64,000 bases of DNA from a virus. The notes under the pieces are model-generated. The model did not search any database and was not told the DNA's origin. It saw only the letters and a program-made list of their open reading frames with translations. This document shows positions 44,722-54,780 of the stretch, in pieces. The DNA lies in IMG/VR virus record IMGVR_UViG_3300014050_000017, positions 1 to 64,000 of that record. One strand, written 5' to 3'. The number at the start of each line of letters is the position of its first letter. The first letter of the stretch is position 1. Made by a program: the position numbers and the translations under genes.

Positions 44722-45029
44722 TAGAAGACTTCAATCTTACCGAACCTAATTACAAAATCTCGGAAGGCTTCTTTTGATGACCTAGCGGTTGCAATATCGT
44801 CAGCCTGAGCACGGCTAGAGAACTCTAGCGGGTAGGTGTCGCCGCCGTTTGCTTTAATGCGAGCGCTGACAAACTTAACATGCTTACAGGTGCTACGTCC
44901 TCTGTAGCCAGGGCAGGTGCAATACAACTTGTTGTTGTCGTCTACAGACACCTCGTAGATGCCAGGACCAGGCGACTGTGTTTGGCTGAGGAACACCTGA
45001 ACCAACTTTGTATCCATTATTGCACTCAT
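44721..45029 (-). CDS. SWIM zinc-finger protein
   Basis: YEV...CTCPGY...CKHV. Confidence 0.75.
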   Translation of the reverse strand: MSAIMDTKLVQVFLSQTQSPGPGIYEVSVDDNNKLYCTCPGYRGRSTCKHVKFVSARIKANGGDTYPLEFSSRAQADDIATARSSKEAFRDFVIRFGKIEVF

Positions 45030-45712
45030 TCTCGTAGGTCTCCTTTACTCGTAACCATCGGTAGATATGTAAACGCTTCCTTAGCAAAGCTTTCGGTTGC
45101 ATCGCCGTAAAGACTATTCCAATCTTCAAGCATCACGTTGGTGGTCACGATGGTTGGCAGGCCCTGGTTGTATCGCGTACGCAATACATGGTGGAGAACG
45201 TTTTTCTGCCATCCACTTAGGCTGGCGTGCTCCTTACCTACATCATCAATTACTAGAACCCTGATGTTATAGGGGTCGTGCGCTTCGCCTAGAATCCCAT
45301 AGTAGAGCACCTCCTCCCAGTCTGTCGGGCTATCCATCATGCGACCTTGCAGTGCTAGGACGTCATTAAATGTTATGAAATAACAAGGCCTGATTAATAC
45401 GGACTCTTCCGATACATCAAAGGCCTGTAGGGGTGAATTAAGCATGATAGTCTGGATAGTTGCTGCTGCAACTGTCGACTTTCCGCGACCAGGTAGCCCA
45501 GCCAACAAAAGACCTCGGCCACAATACCTGTTACCAGAGGCGCGAACTACTGAGCCTTCGTTAAAAATACTAAGCCAACCACTAATTTCAACGATGTCTT
45601 CAGGGTCTGAGTCATTGCAATCTTCAAGAGTCCAGCCAAGTTTAGATTTAGGTATGCCTGCAGCCTGTATCCATGTGCGACGTCGTACTTTTTGTTTTTC
45701 TAATACGTACAT
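45026..45712 (-). CDS. DnaC/IstB-like ATPase (helicase loader)
   Basis: AGIP, GLPGRGKST, LVIDDVGKE, RY..GLPTIVTTN. Confidence 0.88.
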   Translation of the reverse strand: MYVLEKQKVRRRTWIQAAGIPKSKLGWTLEDCNDSDPEDIVEISGWLSIFNEGSVVRASGNRYCGRGLLLAGLPGRGKSTVAAATIQTIMLNSPLQAFDVSEESVLIRPCYFITFNDVLALQGRMMDSPTDWEEVLYYGILGEAHDPYNIRVLVIDDVGKEHASLSGWQKNVLHHVLRTRYNQGLPTIVTTNVMLEDWNSLYGDATESFAKEAFTYLPMVTSKGDLRE

Positions 45713-46659
45713 TACTTCCCACCGCTCCTTAAATATTCTTCACGTTCCGCACGTGCTTTGGCTCTTGCTGCGGATACTACATCTAAGTCCTCAGGTTTCA
45801 TAGCACGTCGTACTTCATCAATCTTAGTAGGCGCATAATTTAAGAAGGTCCAGAACAACTGTTCAGGGTTATATAACTTACGGTGTTCAAACTTGTAACT
45901 AGCAATAAACATGTCCAACAGACGCTTATCTAGCTCGCCGTTAGTGTCGTTGTCTACACGGAACTGATACATAGCTTTTACCAACCTAGGGCGTTGAGTC
46001 AGAGCAACCTGCTCTACCTGCCATAGGGTCTTGCACTGTTCCGCAAAATAATTAATGATGTCGGTAGGAGTCCAACGGTCTACAGTCTTCTTAGCCCTGG
46101 CAATCTGGCGCTTCTTAAAATGCTCCTGCGACTGCTCCTGGCGTTCGCGCTTCTTGCGCTCAGCCTCCTTCTTTAGTTCCTGCTCTAGGTCATCTGGGTC
46201 TATTGGCATTGAGCCTAAACTCATGGCTTCTCCTTCTGTTGTTTCTTCTTTCCGTGCGTGAAAATTCATTTTCACGCCTTGGTTAACTGAATTAGCATAT
46301 AAACCATACTGCTCTGTGCTATATGGAATATCTGCTATATAGGTATCAGCTATATTGCTATTCTGTGATATGGAGATGTAGGTTTCACCGTTCGGGAAAA
46401 CCTGCAACGGTGACCCAGTACTCCAGTCAAAAGCATAGGCCTTACCCTGGGTGGTCAGCTCTAGGGTATGCCAAAAGGTTCCCTTGGCGGTCTTACCGCT
46501 AGAACGGGCTACAAGGCCAATAGAGACCAGTTCAGTGATGGCTGACTCAGTCTCATACCTACCCCAGCCATTGGCCTCCATAAGGCCCTGTACGCCCCTT
46601 GGAGCCCCATATCTGGCTATGGTCAGGAATACACCTAGGGTCTTAGGGCTTAGGCTCAT
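45712..46659 (-). CDS. Putative replication initiator (N-terminal winged HTH)
   Basis: wHTH-like N-terminus, low-complexity linker, helical C-terminal domain; directly upstream of the DnaC-like gene. Confidence 0.55.
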   Translation of the reverse strand: MSLSPKTLGVFLTIARYGAPRGVQGLMEANGWGRYETESAITELVSIGLVARSSGKTAKGTFWHTLELTTQGKAYAFDWSTGSPLQVFPNGETYISISQNSNIADTYIADIPYSTEQYGLYANSVNQGVKMNFHARKEETTEGEAMSLGSMPIDPDDLEQELKKEAERKKRERQEQSQEHFKKRQIARAKKTVDRWTPTDIINYFAEQCKTLWQVEQVALTQRPRLVKAMYQFRVDNDTNGELDKRLLDMFIASYKFEHRKLYNPEQLFWTFLNYAPTKIDEVRRAMKPEDLDVVSAARAKARAEREEYLRSGGK

Positions 46660-47305
46660 TCTGGGCTTTCCACTCGGCTATGAAGGCGCGAGCAAAGACA
46701 CGGGCTATTGCTTCGACTCCCGCGTAGATATCTTCAAAATCTTCGGCTTCTTCTTCGTCGTCTTCGTACTCTTCTTCGTCGTCTTCTTCCTCACCGACTT
46801 CTTCTTCCTCCTCATCGTCGTCTTCCTCGCTTTCTGAGACCATCTCTGCCTCTGGAAACTTAATCTGTTCGGGTTCTGCAATTGATGCTGATGGGGTGAT
46901 TTCTGATAGTCCGTTGAGTAGGTCGTAGCATTTGATGCCCGCTGTTGTACAAGCCGCTAGGGTAGCCAGTGATGAGTCGTCACCGTCATCCCACAATAAG
47001 AAAGCTGTTGTATCGGAGCCTGCCACTATCTCTACAGATTTTTTAATTGGGTCTGCATCGTAGACAATAGATGCCGCTGGCATGTTCGCAACATCTGCGT
47101 CTTCCTTAGCAATTAAAACAATCTCTTTGTTTTTATCCCTAGCAAACTGTGCAACAAAAACCTGTGACGGTGTTGCTTGTTTATCAATAGGAATAATAAG
47201 AGTTCCACCATCGCCTTTAGCGTAGTAGTGGTCTTCCATTAATGCTTCTACGTTTTGCCTACTGGTAGAGCCTTTGCCTGCTACCAAAACATAGTACTTG
47301 TTCAT
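46643..47305 (-). CDS. Alpha/beta protein with long Asp/Glu tract
   Basis: About 30-residue D/E run near the C-terminus; SD AAGGAGG. Confidence 0.65.
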   Translation of the reverse strand: MNKYYVLVAGKGSTSRQNVEALMEDHYYAKGDGGTLIIPIDKQATPSQVFVAQFARDKNKEIVLIAKEDADVANMPAASIVYDADPIKKSVEIVAGSDTTAFLLWDDGDDSSLATLAACTTAGIKCYDLLNGLSEITPSASIAEPEQIKFPEAEMVSESEEDDDEEEEEVGEEEDDEEEYEDDEEEAEDFEDIYAGVEAIARVFARAFIAEWKAQNEPKP

Positions 47306-47336
47306 AGGACCTCCTTAGGTCCCTAGTACCCTACCA

Positions 47337-47615
47337 CTAATCTCGGGCAGTGTTAATAACGGCTGGCTTGTATACGGATACCCGTTCCACTATGGCAAGT
47401 AAAGATGCTCCTAGGAACGCCCCAGCTACTGTCCATAGGACATACTGTCGGGTAGTTGAAACTTCAACTAAATATACGGCTACAGCCGAGAATATAATTG
47501 AAAGTACAGCATTAATTACGGAAATAGGTATAAAGATACTTAGTACTTCTACCAGGTTACGAACTGTAGCCAGGAAGAACCCTGTAAAGCACCCCACTAA
47601 TATAAGCTCCAGCAT
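47337..47615 (-). CDS. Three-TM membrane protein (holin-like)
   Basis: Three hydrophobic segments; leaderless TAGGAT-6nt-ATG; follows tail genes. Confidence 0.55.
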   Translation of the reverse strand: MLELILVGCFTGFFLATVRNLVEVLSIFIPISVINAVLSIIFSAVAVYLVEVSTTRQYVLWTVAGAFLGASLLAIVERVSVYKPAVINTARD

Positions 47616-47627
47616 GGGAGCATCCTA

Positions 47628-50438
47628 CTACGTTTTTGGCTGTGCGAGGTATATAGCGTAGCTAGAGCCTGAGGTTAGCCATTCGTCCAACGCCCCTTTA
47701 GCAAGGCGGTCTGATATGGCTATATAGTTTTTATAGTAATGGCTTCGAGAGTTATTAGGTACCTGGCCTTCCCAGAACAACTCGGCGTTAGAACCAAAGC
47801 CTTGGTTGCCATCAAAGTACTGTAGGGCAAAAGGGCTGTTCTCAAATAACGCGTCGTCCACAACAATCTGGTCATTAGCCGCTCCGTTAGTCCAGATAAA
47901 GGATACGTTTGCATAAGCCGCATTTTCAGGAGCAATTGCAGAGGACGAAATTCTTTGCCATGACGTATTGCTATTTATAGTTACTAAAGGTTCAAGCGTG
48001 CTAGAGATAGCGGTCTTGGTGCTGTCATACCAGTAAATTACTGGGCGCACTGTTGGTGCAGTGGTTCCTGTAACACGTTTTACATACACACTAAATGTGT
48101 AATATGTAGATGGGTAATGGATATTTAAATAGTTAACAGACGTTGCTGCTGCTGCAACTTCTGTATTACCAGTAGCAGTTTTGTTAATAATACAAGCGCT
48201 TCCTGTTTTTGCTACAGACCCAGATGCTTGTGTAAATATTACAGATGCACTTGGGCTTACTGTGTAGTCAAAAGTAAAGTCTTGTACACCAGTTATAGTT
48301 TTTACCCCAGAGTATGGAGATGGCAAACCAGATACTAAAACTATGTCTCCAATTTTATAAGTATGAACTGTAGACAGGGTAACTGTTGCAGTCGTAGCTG
48401 ACTGTTGGTACCCCTGAATAGTAAATACGTCTGCTATAGGGTCAGACTCACTAGCGCTTGCGGTTGCTGTAGCGTTGGTAAATCCCCAAGGAGCAAAGCT
48501 ATTTGCGCTATTGAACGTTGGGTTTTTAATTTCATTGATTCTTGTTGCCTTCATAGTTATATGAACCTGGCGTGCTTCGTCAAAGTCGGTAACTACATTG
48601 GCTTTTTCAAATTGAGCAGCGTCAAAATAATGGCGCTCGCCGCTTGCCGCGTTTCCTACAGCCGATACAGCAATAGCTGGAGCTGCGTAATAACACTCTT
48701 GAACTCGCGCAATAGTTACAAGGAATCCAGAACCACCAGTGCTGCCAATAGATGCTTTATCAAAAGAGTAAACAGTTGTAGGGTCTGAACCCTTTCCTCC
48801 ATTAACAATAACGCAGCTTTGTACAACCCCTCCACTAATAGAGATGTTGGCTCTAGGTGCTATAGAGAAAGCTTTTCCACTTACGCGAGTTAAAGGCACG
48901 TTTGTATAAGCTCCGTCCGTATATCCAGAGCCAGCAGTACCAAAGAAAGGATTAAGAGTAATAGCGCAAGGCGCTGCGGCTGTTACGGTTGCTCTTGTTG
49001 ACAGAGAACCAGTTGCATTTGTAGCTGGGTTACCAGTGCTTGTAGACATAAATACGCCAAAACGGTCGTACCAGTTAATACCAGCAGTAAAACTTCTAGT
49101 AGTACTTAGAGCAGCACTGTACACACTAAATGTGTATGTATCACCAGAAGTTACTGGTATACCAAGCTGTACTGGGGAAGCGCTTCCACAGTTTATGGTT
49201 ACTACCTGTGCAGTTCCAGTTGCGTTTGCTAAAGAAAGAATTCCCTTTGCTTTATTTGGATATAACGCAGGTGCTGTAGGTTCTAAATAAGGAGCTGGGT
49301 AAGGTTTAACAATTGGATACGCTTGCGTGTCAATGTTTCTTGCATTAGTTAAAGGCTGTTCTGTTGTAGTAACAGATACTTCTATGTAACTAAGAGGGTC
49401 TGTTCCTATAATTGTAATAGGGCTTTTGTTCCACCCAGGGGTTCTAAAGCCACTGATTGTAATTTTGTCACCAATCTTGTAGCCGTGTGGGCCTACAATC
49501 ATGCGAAGAACATTGTTATTATTAGTTAGGAACTGAGTTACTTCTAGTGTTCCCAACTGGCTTATAGAACCTGTGCTATCTCCTGACACCCAATTTCCAA
49601 TGCCTTGTTCAAAGGAAGAATCGTTGTAACTAAGCATTAAGTTATGGCTTACCTGTAACCCTTCAAGCGTTGGATTAGGGGTGCTATCAACAGGAGATGG
49701 GCAAGACCATCCAGAAAAAGCTTTAATGTATTCTCTAATTCCTTGAGTAGAACCTTTTTCTTTTGTTAGCTGAACAGAGTCTCTTACTAGGATGCGAGAT
49801 TGCTGGTATCCGATTTCAGGCTCTGCAGCTATACCAATCTGATTAAGAATAAGTGGGATAGTAGTTCCCGTTACTTTTTCAAAGTTGTAACGGTCAGAGA
49901 TAAGGTCAATAAGACCACGTGTTTTATCAAACGCAAAACCAAATAAAGATAAGAAAGCCCTTAGGTCTTCATTGTCGGTTGGTTCAGAAGCTATATTAGG
50001 GGTTGTAATCTTGTGGATTAAAGGCATGTATTGATACAGCAGGTCACCAGTTCCGTAGTTCTTTACAGACAGTCCTGTGGCTCGCCCAGCCAATACCCAT
50101 GTAAGTTGAGTTACGTCAAGTACAAAAATTGAGTAGTAGTAGGTTTTAGTGTTCTTAGTATCAGGTAAAACGTCAGTAAATATTTGAGGGTCGTTTCGTC
50201 TTGTGGTTTCAAAAGCTAATTCACCATCAGTAAAATTAACAGGAAAACCATAAGGGCTACGTACAATCCTCATCTTAGCCCAGTTACCAATAGGGCTAAC
50301 CCACTTAACAGTTATTTGAGCATAACCTGAAGACAGGGTTGTTACAGGCTCCGCATCATAGTTAAGGGGGTTATCGCTACCGTAGTAACTAAGAGGGAAG
50401 TCGGAGGAGGAGTAGTAATCAAGACCGTAACGTGCCAT
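47628..50438 (-). CDS. Baseplate wedge/tail fibre protein with carbohydrate-binding-like domains
   Basis: P2 gpI-like segment (LRAFL...KEKGSTQGI) and two CBM-like modules (YTFSVY...INWYD...FDAAQFE). Confidence 0.75.
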   Translation of the reverse strand: MARYGLDYYSSSDFPLSYYGSDNPLNYDAEPVTTLSSGYAQITVKWVSPIGNWAKMRIVRSPYGFPVNFTDGELAFETTRRNDPQIFTDVLPDTKNTKTYYYSIFVLDVTQLTWVLAGRATGLSVKNYGTGDLLYQYMPLIHKITTPNIASEPTDNEDLRAFLSLFGFAFDKTRGLIDLISDRYNFEKVTGTTIPLILNQIGIAAEPEIGYQQSRILVRDSVQLTKEKGSTQGIREYIKAFSGWSCPSPVDSTPNPTLEGLQVSHNLMLSYNDSSFEQGIGNWVSGDSTGSISQLGTLEVTQFLTNNNNVLRMIVGPHGYKIGDKITISGFRTPGWNKSPITIIGTDPLSYIEVSVTTTEQPLTNARNIDTQAYPIVKPYPAPYLEPTAPALYPNKAKGILSLANATGTAQVVTINCGSASPVQLGIPVTSGDTYTFSVYSAALSTTRSFTAGINWYDRFGVFMSTSTGNPATNATGSLSTRATVTAAAPCAITLNPFFGTAGSGYTDGAYTNVPLTRVSGKAFSIAPRANISISGGVVQSCVIVNGGKGSDPTTVYSFDKASIGSTGGSGFLVTIARVQECYYAAPAIAVSAVGNAASGERHYFDAAQFEKANVVTDFDEARQVHITMKATRINEIKNPTFNSANSFAPWGFTNATATASASESDPIADVFTIQGYQQSATTATVTLSTVHTYKIGDIVLVSGLPSPYSGVKTITGVQDFTFDYTVSPSASVIFTQASGSVAKTGSACIINKTATGNTEVAAAATSVNYLNIHYPSTYYTFSVYVKRVTGTTAPTVRPVIYWYDSTKTAISSTLEPLVTINSNTSWQRISSSAIAPENAAYANVSFIWTNGAANDQIVVDDALFENSPFALQYFDGNQGFGSNAELFWEGQVPNNSRSHYYKNYIAISDRLAKGALDEWLTSGSSYAIYLAQPKT

Positions 50439-52201
50439 TAACTAATGCCTCCACTAGTTGTTAGGTCTAGGCCAATAACAGTAACAACTCCACCAGTTCT
50501 TGTTGTTTCTAGTTGAGGTAGCTCTCTCTTAGAACATAGGATGTCTTTTACAGTAACCAAAGACGCTTTACCTACAGGAGTTACTGCAGATGAGTTGACG
50601 TTGTCACTAACAAGCGCATAGGTAAAGGTATTAGTGGTTACCCCTGTTATTACAGATGTGCCATCAAATGGAGAACCAACACCCGAGATTAATACTGTTT
50701 CTCCAATCCTATAGTTGTGAGTTGCAGACGTGGTCAAGGTAGCAACGTTGCTAGTTAAAGCCTTATTGCTAATAGAAAAGACCTTGTCTTCATCTTTTCT
50801 TACCATCTTAATAAGGGTAGTTCTGCTGATACCTTCAATTTCCCCAAGGACTTTATATAGGTCAGCTGGGTAGATACTGTCATTAAACGATACGTTATCA
50901 AAAGCAAACAACTGATTTATAGCCGAAGTAATATTAGCTACTACTTGAGAGCTCTTATACTGTGAAAGAATAACGCAGTCTAATTTAATTCTTACATCTA
51001 CATAGGTAGGTGGCTGTAGAGTTAGTGAAACCCCAGGTGGAATTTTATCTGTGAAATAGTCAAACACTACTTCAGAAAGGTTGTTAAATACCACAGAAGA
51101 TGTGATGCCATCAGCTTGAAGGCCAGAGTCTCCGTATGGAGCTAAGAATAAAGTTACGCTACTAAATACACCAGCATCAGCAACAGCCTTTGCTACTCCT
51201 GGAACTTGGATAGCCAAAGCGGCATAGTCTGCTAACGACACTGCTCTATTAAGAGACCTTACGCTTTTAGGAGCGTTAACTCTGATTGAGTCCGTAGCTT
51301 CTGGGTCAGCTCCGCCAGAGCCTGCTCCAGAGGTCTCTCCAATATTTGGATTACCTACTGTTAAACCAGCAGTGAAGTTTGTCAATATGTATTTGATACT
51401 TCCAGCTGATACGTTTCCAATAGTACCGCCGCCAATTCTATAATATGCAAAAATCTCTGCACCATTGTTTGGAATACGTCCACTGATGTTATCTCCAAAC
51501 TGTACAAACGTTTCCCCGTCACTATTAGTGATAACAGAGAACACAGGGTCATATCCTTGATAATCAATTAGGTAAGGTACTTGAGTGTACTTAACGCCAG
51601 AAACATAAATTTCAACACTGTTATTTACAACAGGGCTTTCTGGAATCTGAAAGACTTGATATGGAGACCCATCTGAGTCTCCAATCTTTCCATTATCTTC
51701 ATCAACCCCATACCCTCTAGACTCTCCTTGAGTAGCGGTTACAGTTACAGAACCGTTTGTAGTACCTACCTTTGCAGGAACCGTAACTTGTGAATCTGTT
51801 TCAAAAACTACCTGTACCTGCTGTCCACTAGAGATTTGGCTGGTAGCAACCTGGGTTCTCTTTGGTACAACAATAGGGTTAGCGGTTGAGTTAGAAAAGG
51901 TGAGAATGACTGAAGCAGCTGTAGAATCAATAGGCTGATAGCCTAGCAATCTAGCTAGCTTTAATACGTTATCTCTTTGGCTTGCCGTTGTAATAAAAGA
52001 CTCATTAATAGAACGGTCAATATAATAATTAAGTTGGTCGCCAATATATGTAAACAGTTCTAGCATGGTCATGCCAAAGTCTGCTGGGTCACGAGTGGTC
52101 CACTTAGGGGCAAAGTATGGAATTAGGTCAATTAACTCTTGCCTCAAGGACTCGTAGTCTCTGGAGGTATAGTCAACCTGCGGGATGTAATTAGTTGCCA
52201 T
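50438..52201 (-). CDS. Baseplate J / T4 gp6-like wedge protein
   Basis: DYTSRDYES, DPADFG, ARLLGY, FGD..GRIP, YRIGGG, RAVSLADY. Confidence 0.9.
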   Translation of the reverse strand: MATNYIPQVDYTSRDYESLRQELIDLIPYFAPKWTTRDPADFGMTMLELFTYIGDQLNYYIDRSINESFITTASQRDNVLKLARLLGYQPIDSTAASVILTFSNSTANPIVVPKRTQVATSQISSGQQVQVVFETDSQVTVPAKVGTTNGSVTVTATQGESRGYGVDEDNGKIGDSDGSPYQVFQIPESPVVNNSVEIYVSGVKYTQVPYLIDYQGYDPVFSVITNSDGETFVQFGDNISGRIPNNGAEIFAYYRIGGGTIGNVSAGSIKYILTNFTAGLTVGNPNIGETSGAGSGGADPEATDSIRVNAPKSVRSLNRAVSLADYAALAIQVPGVAKAVADAGVFSSVTLFLAPYGDSGLQADGITSSVVFNNLSEVVFDYFTDKIPPGVSLTLQPPTYVDVRIKLDCVILSQYKSSQVVANITSAINQLFAFDNVSFNDSIYPADLYKVLGEIEGISRTTLIKMVRKDEDKVFSISNKALTSNVATLTTSATHNYRIGETVLISGVGSPFDGTSVITGVTTNTFTYALVSDNVNSSAVTPVGKASLVTVKDILCSKRELPQLETTRTGGVVTVIGLDLTTSGGIS

Positions 52202-52203
52202 TG

Positions 52204-52605
52204 TTATGCCTTCCTGATTAACTCGCCAGACCTGCTGAAGAATCCGCTAGTCAACTGTAATGATTGAGTCAATGTGACAAGACCCTTTCTATATTCTATC
52301 TCAACTTCAATAAGACCATTATCTGTATCTACAATTGGGTTAACATTTAATAGCTCTAAACCTGGAAGCCAGGTAGCAAAACAAGTAGCTACTGAGCTTC
52401 TAATGGTCTCGGTGCTTTCTTCTATGTTCTCAAATAAAGACCTATTTACATCACTACCAAAGTTTGGACGCATAACTCTCTCGCCAAACTTAGTCATAAC
52501 AGTCAACAGTACTTGGTCTTGGATAATCTTTTTTTCATCAGTAGTGTAAGCAACTTCTCCAAGAGAGTTAAAAGAAAACGGCAGGGATATAGCACGCTCG
52601 CTCAT
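52204..52605 (-). CDS. gp25/GPW-like baseplate protein
   Basis: ISLPFSF, T.FGERVMRPNFGS. Confidence 0.9.
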   Translation of the reverse strand: MSERAISLPFSFNSLGEVAYTTDEKKIIQDQVLLTVMTKFGERVMRPNFGSDVNRSLFENIEESTETIRSSVATCFATWLPGLELLNVNPIVDTDNGLIEVEIEYRKGLVTLTQSLQLTSGFFSRSGELIRKA

Positions 52606-53162
52606 AGCTCAACTCCCATCCATACTGGAAAATTAGGGTCTCCGCCCTCAAACATAACCCACACTTTTTGACCTATCTTAGGTACTAGTCTATGCGGTGT
52701 ATGCTCAGGTGTCAGGTTTGTCTCCTGGTCATCGTTCCATTTGTTATCAGTATCAGCAGTTGTTTCATGTTCATGGTCTAGGTTCCATGTGGAGTCTGGG
52801 GTTTTACCTGTGTGGTTATTAGTGTGTGCGTCATGAGCGTCATGAGCAAGGCTAATTACAACAGGATGAGTATGCGCTGTTCCCGCTGATGCGGCGCCAC
52901 TGGTAATAGTGGTCGAATGAGAAGCGTGGGTAGCGTGTGTAGCGTGAGCCTGTAACAAAGCGGCTACCTCAGACGCTAGGTGCTTTTTGTGGTCTGGATG
53001 GTTGCTGTTTGACGTAACTGGCAAACAGCCTCTAGCCCACTCCGTTGGCTCTTCGCCAAGTACCTGGGGTACTTGCAATCTAATACGGTTATCTTTATCA
53101 GGGTCTTCAATATCAATAACAACACCCGAATAGATTCCGTAAAATCTCTTATCATCAATCAT
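52602..53162 (-). CDS. Baseplate spike protein (gpV/Gp5 OB fold) with His-rich insert
   Basis: FYGIYSGVVIDIEDP...RIRLQVP...WA; VPKIGQKVWVMFEGGDPNFPVWMG. Confidence 0.85.
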   Translation of the reverse strand: MIDDKRFYGIYSGVVIDIEDPDKDNRIRLQVPQVLGEEPTEWARGCLPVTSNSNHPDHKKHLASEVAALLQAHATHATHASHSTTITSGAASAGTAHTHPVVISLAHDAHDAHTNNHTGKTPDSTWNLDHEHETTADTDNKWNDDQETNLTPEHTPHRLVPKIGQKVWVMFEGGDPNFPVWMGVEL

Positions 53163-54499
53163 CGAAGGGCCTTTGCTCTTAATCTGTCAGTAACTGCCTT
53201 GGGTTTATTAACCTTAGGAGGTGCTGGTATTTTAGGGGTAGGGCTAGCAGCTCGCCAAGTAGATGGGGTTCTTACTTTAGTTGTTGTTTTTTTTCTGTTA
53301 TCAATTTTACCAAAGCTGCCCTGTTTTCTATTACTGGTTCTACGGTTACTCTTAATCAGCTTACTGTTAGGGTTTCTTTTAGTTTGCGATACTCCTGGAG
53401 AAATAAATCTTGTAGGGGTATCTGGTGGGGATGTGATTAGAGTGCCATCAGCCCATCTAGTTGCTCCGCCAACAGCGTCAGAACCAACGTTTATATTAGT
53501 AGTATATGTGTAAACGTTTCTTTCAGTTTCTACAATTACATGCTCTGTGCCTAAGACGGTCCAATATCCAGAATAGGTATCGCCAACTCCCTGAAGATAT
53601 ACAGGAATGTTAGGTCTAATCGATGGGTCTCCCAAAACAGATGCGCTCCCACGGTATGGAAATGCGGTTCTTGCCTCAGCTGCTTGAGACTCAAACTTGG
53701 CAATCTCTGGGTTAGGGGTAACCGCTAAAGACTCAAACCTATCAAAAAACTCTTCTTGGCTTACGCTTCTTGTCTTAGCGTTTCTTTTTTGTACTGTTTG
53801 TTTAACAGGTACCTTAGAAAATCTATCAACACCAGTTACAGCAACTGCTGCTTTTGGGTTTCCATCCCAATCAATAGACTCACCAATTACTGGTCTGAAA
53901 GAGTATAGGGTTGAACCCTTAGGGTTTTGAGCATCTCGTAGTATGAACTTAGGGCATTGCGTACGGTATCTTTGGTAGTCTGTAAGTATAGGTTCAAAAT
54001 ACACTTCAGTGTTTTCAGCTCGTAGTGTGTATCCAACCTGCTTAGCAAGTCTTACAGCCATTTGCCAACCTGTGTAGCCAGCCTGTGATATTTGTTCAAA
54101 CACTCGTTTGTGAGGCACACCAATAAAGTTTAATTTATGCTGTAACGCAATAGCCTTAACCACTTGGTCAGCCGTGTGCTCTCGATACACTTTTTGAGAC
54201 GCCTGTTTCATAGGAAACGACCCGCCAATAACTACTACATCGGTATAGTTTTTACCAGGAGTAATGCTTGGTTGAATGTGATGTACGTATCCAGTAAAAT
54301 TTCTAGAAGTCTTATCTCCAGTTATAGAAGCTAGCACTGGAGTACCAGCTTTTATAGTGTTATAAGAGGGGTCCCAATCTCTGTAGGTAAGCACCAACAT
54401 TTCATGCTCGTATACTTTTTGGTACAAGACAGCTTTATAAATGAATTGTGGTTCATCAGCATTGCCATCAGGAAAGGTTACCTTTATTGGTTTAAACAT
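53159..54499 (-). CDS. Baseplate hub (gpD/gp27-like)
   Basis: TADQVVKAIA, Q..WQMAVRLA, LGDPSIRP, YSGYW.V..EH. Confidence 0.85.
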   Translation of the reverse strand: MFKPIKVTFPDGNADEPQFIYKAVLYQKVYEHEMLVLTYRDWDPSYNTIKAGTPVLASITGDKTSRNFTGYVHHIQPSITPGKNYTDVVVIGGSFPMKQASQKVYREHTADQVVKAIALQHKLNFIGVPHKRVFEQISQAGYTGWQMAVRLAKQVGYTLRAENTEVYFEPILTDYQRYRTQCPKFILRDAQNPKGSTLYSFRPVIGESIDWDGNPKAAVAVTGVDRFSKVPVKQTVQKRNAKTRSVSQEEFFDRFESLAVTPNPEIAKFESQAAEARTAFPYRGSASVLGDPSIRPNIPVYLQGVGDTYSGYWTVLGTEHVIVETERNVYTYTTNINVGSDAVGGATRWADGTLITSPPDTPTRFISPGVSQTKRNPNSKLIKSNRRTSNRKQGSFGKIDNRKKTTTKVRTPSTWRAASPTPKIPAPPKVNKPKAVTDRLRAKALR

Positions 54500-54773
54500 T
54501 AGGTATCCTAAGTATTGTTCCAGGAGCTATGTTTAATGGGTCTGTAATCTCAGGGTTGTAATCTAATATGTACCACCACATTGAAGGACGTCGATAGTAT
54601 TTATGAGCTATTTGGTCTAGTCTTTCTCCGCTTGCATACGTGTGAGTAAAAAACGATAAAAAACCTATGTCTGGAAAATCGTAAAATACAGTTGGATTCT
54701 CTGGTCCATTAGGCGTTACAGAAAAAAAGTCTACGATAGAGTCGTCATATCTAGAGCCAATATAGATTGTCAT
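54492..54773 (-). CDS. LysM / tail protein X
   Basis: GERLDQIAHKYY..P..WW.I.D.NP.I.DPL.I.PG..LRIP. Confidence 0.88.
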   Translation of the reverse strand: MTIYIGSRYDDSIVDFFSVTPNGPENPTVFYDFPDIGFLSFFTHTYASGERLDQIAHKYYRRPSMWWYILDYNPEITDPLNIAPGTILRIPNV

Positions 54774-54780
54774 GTTTATC

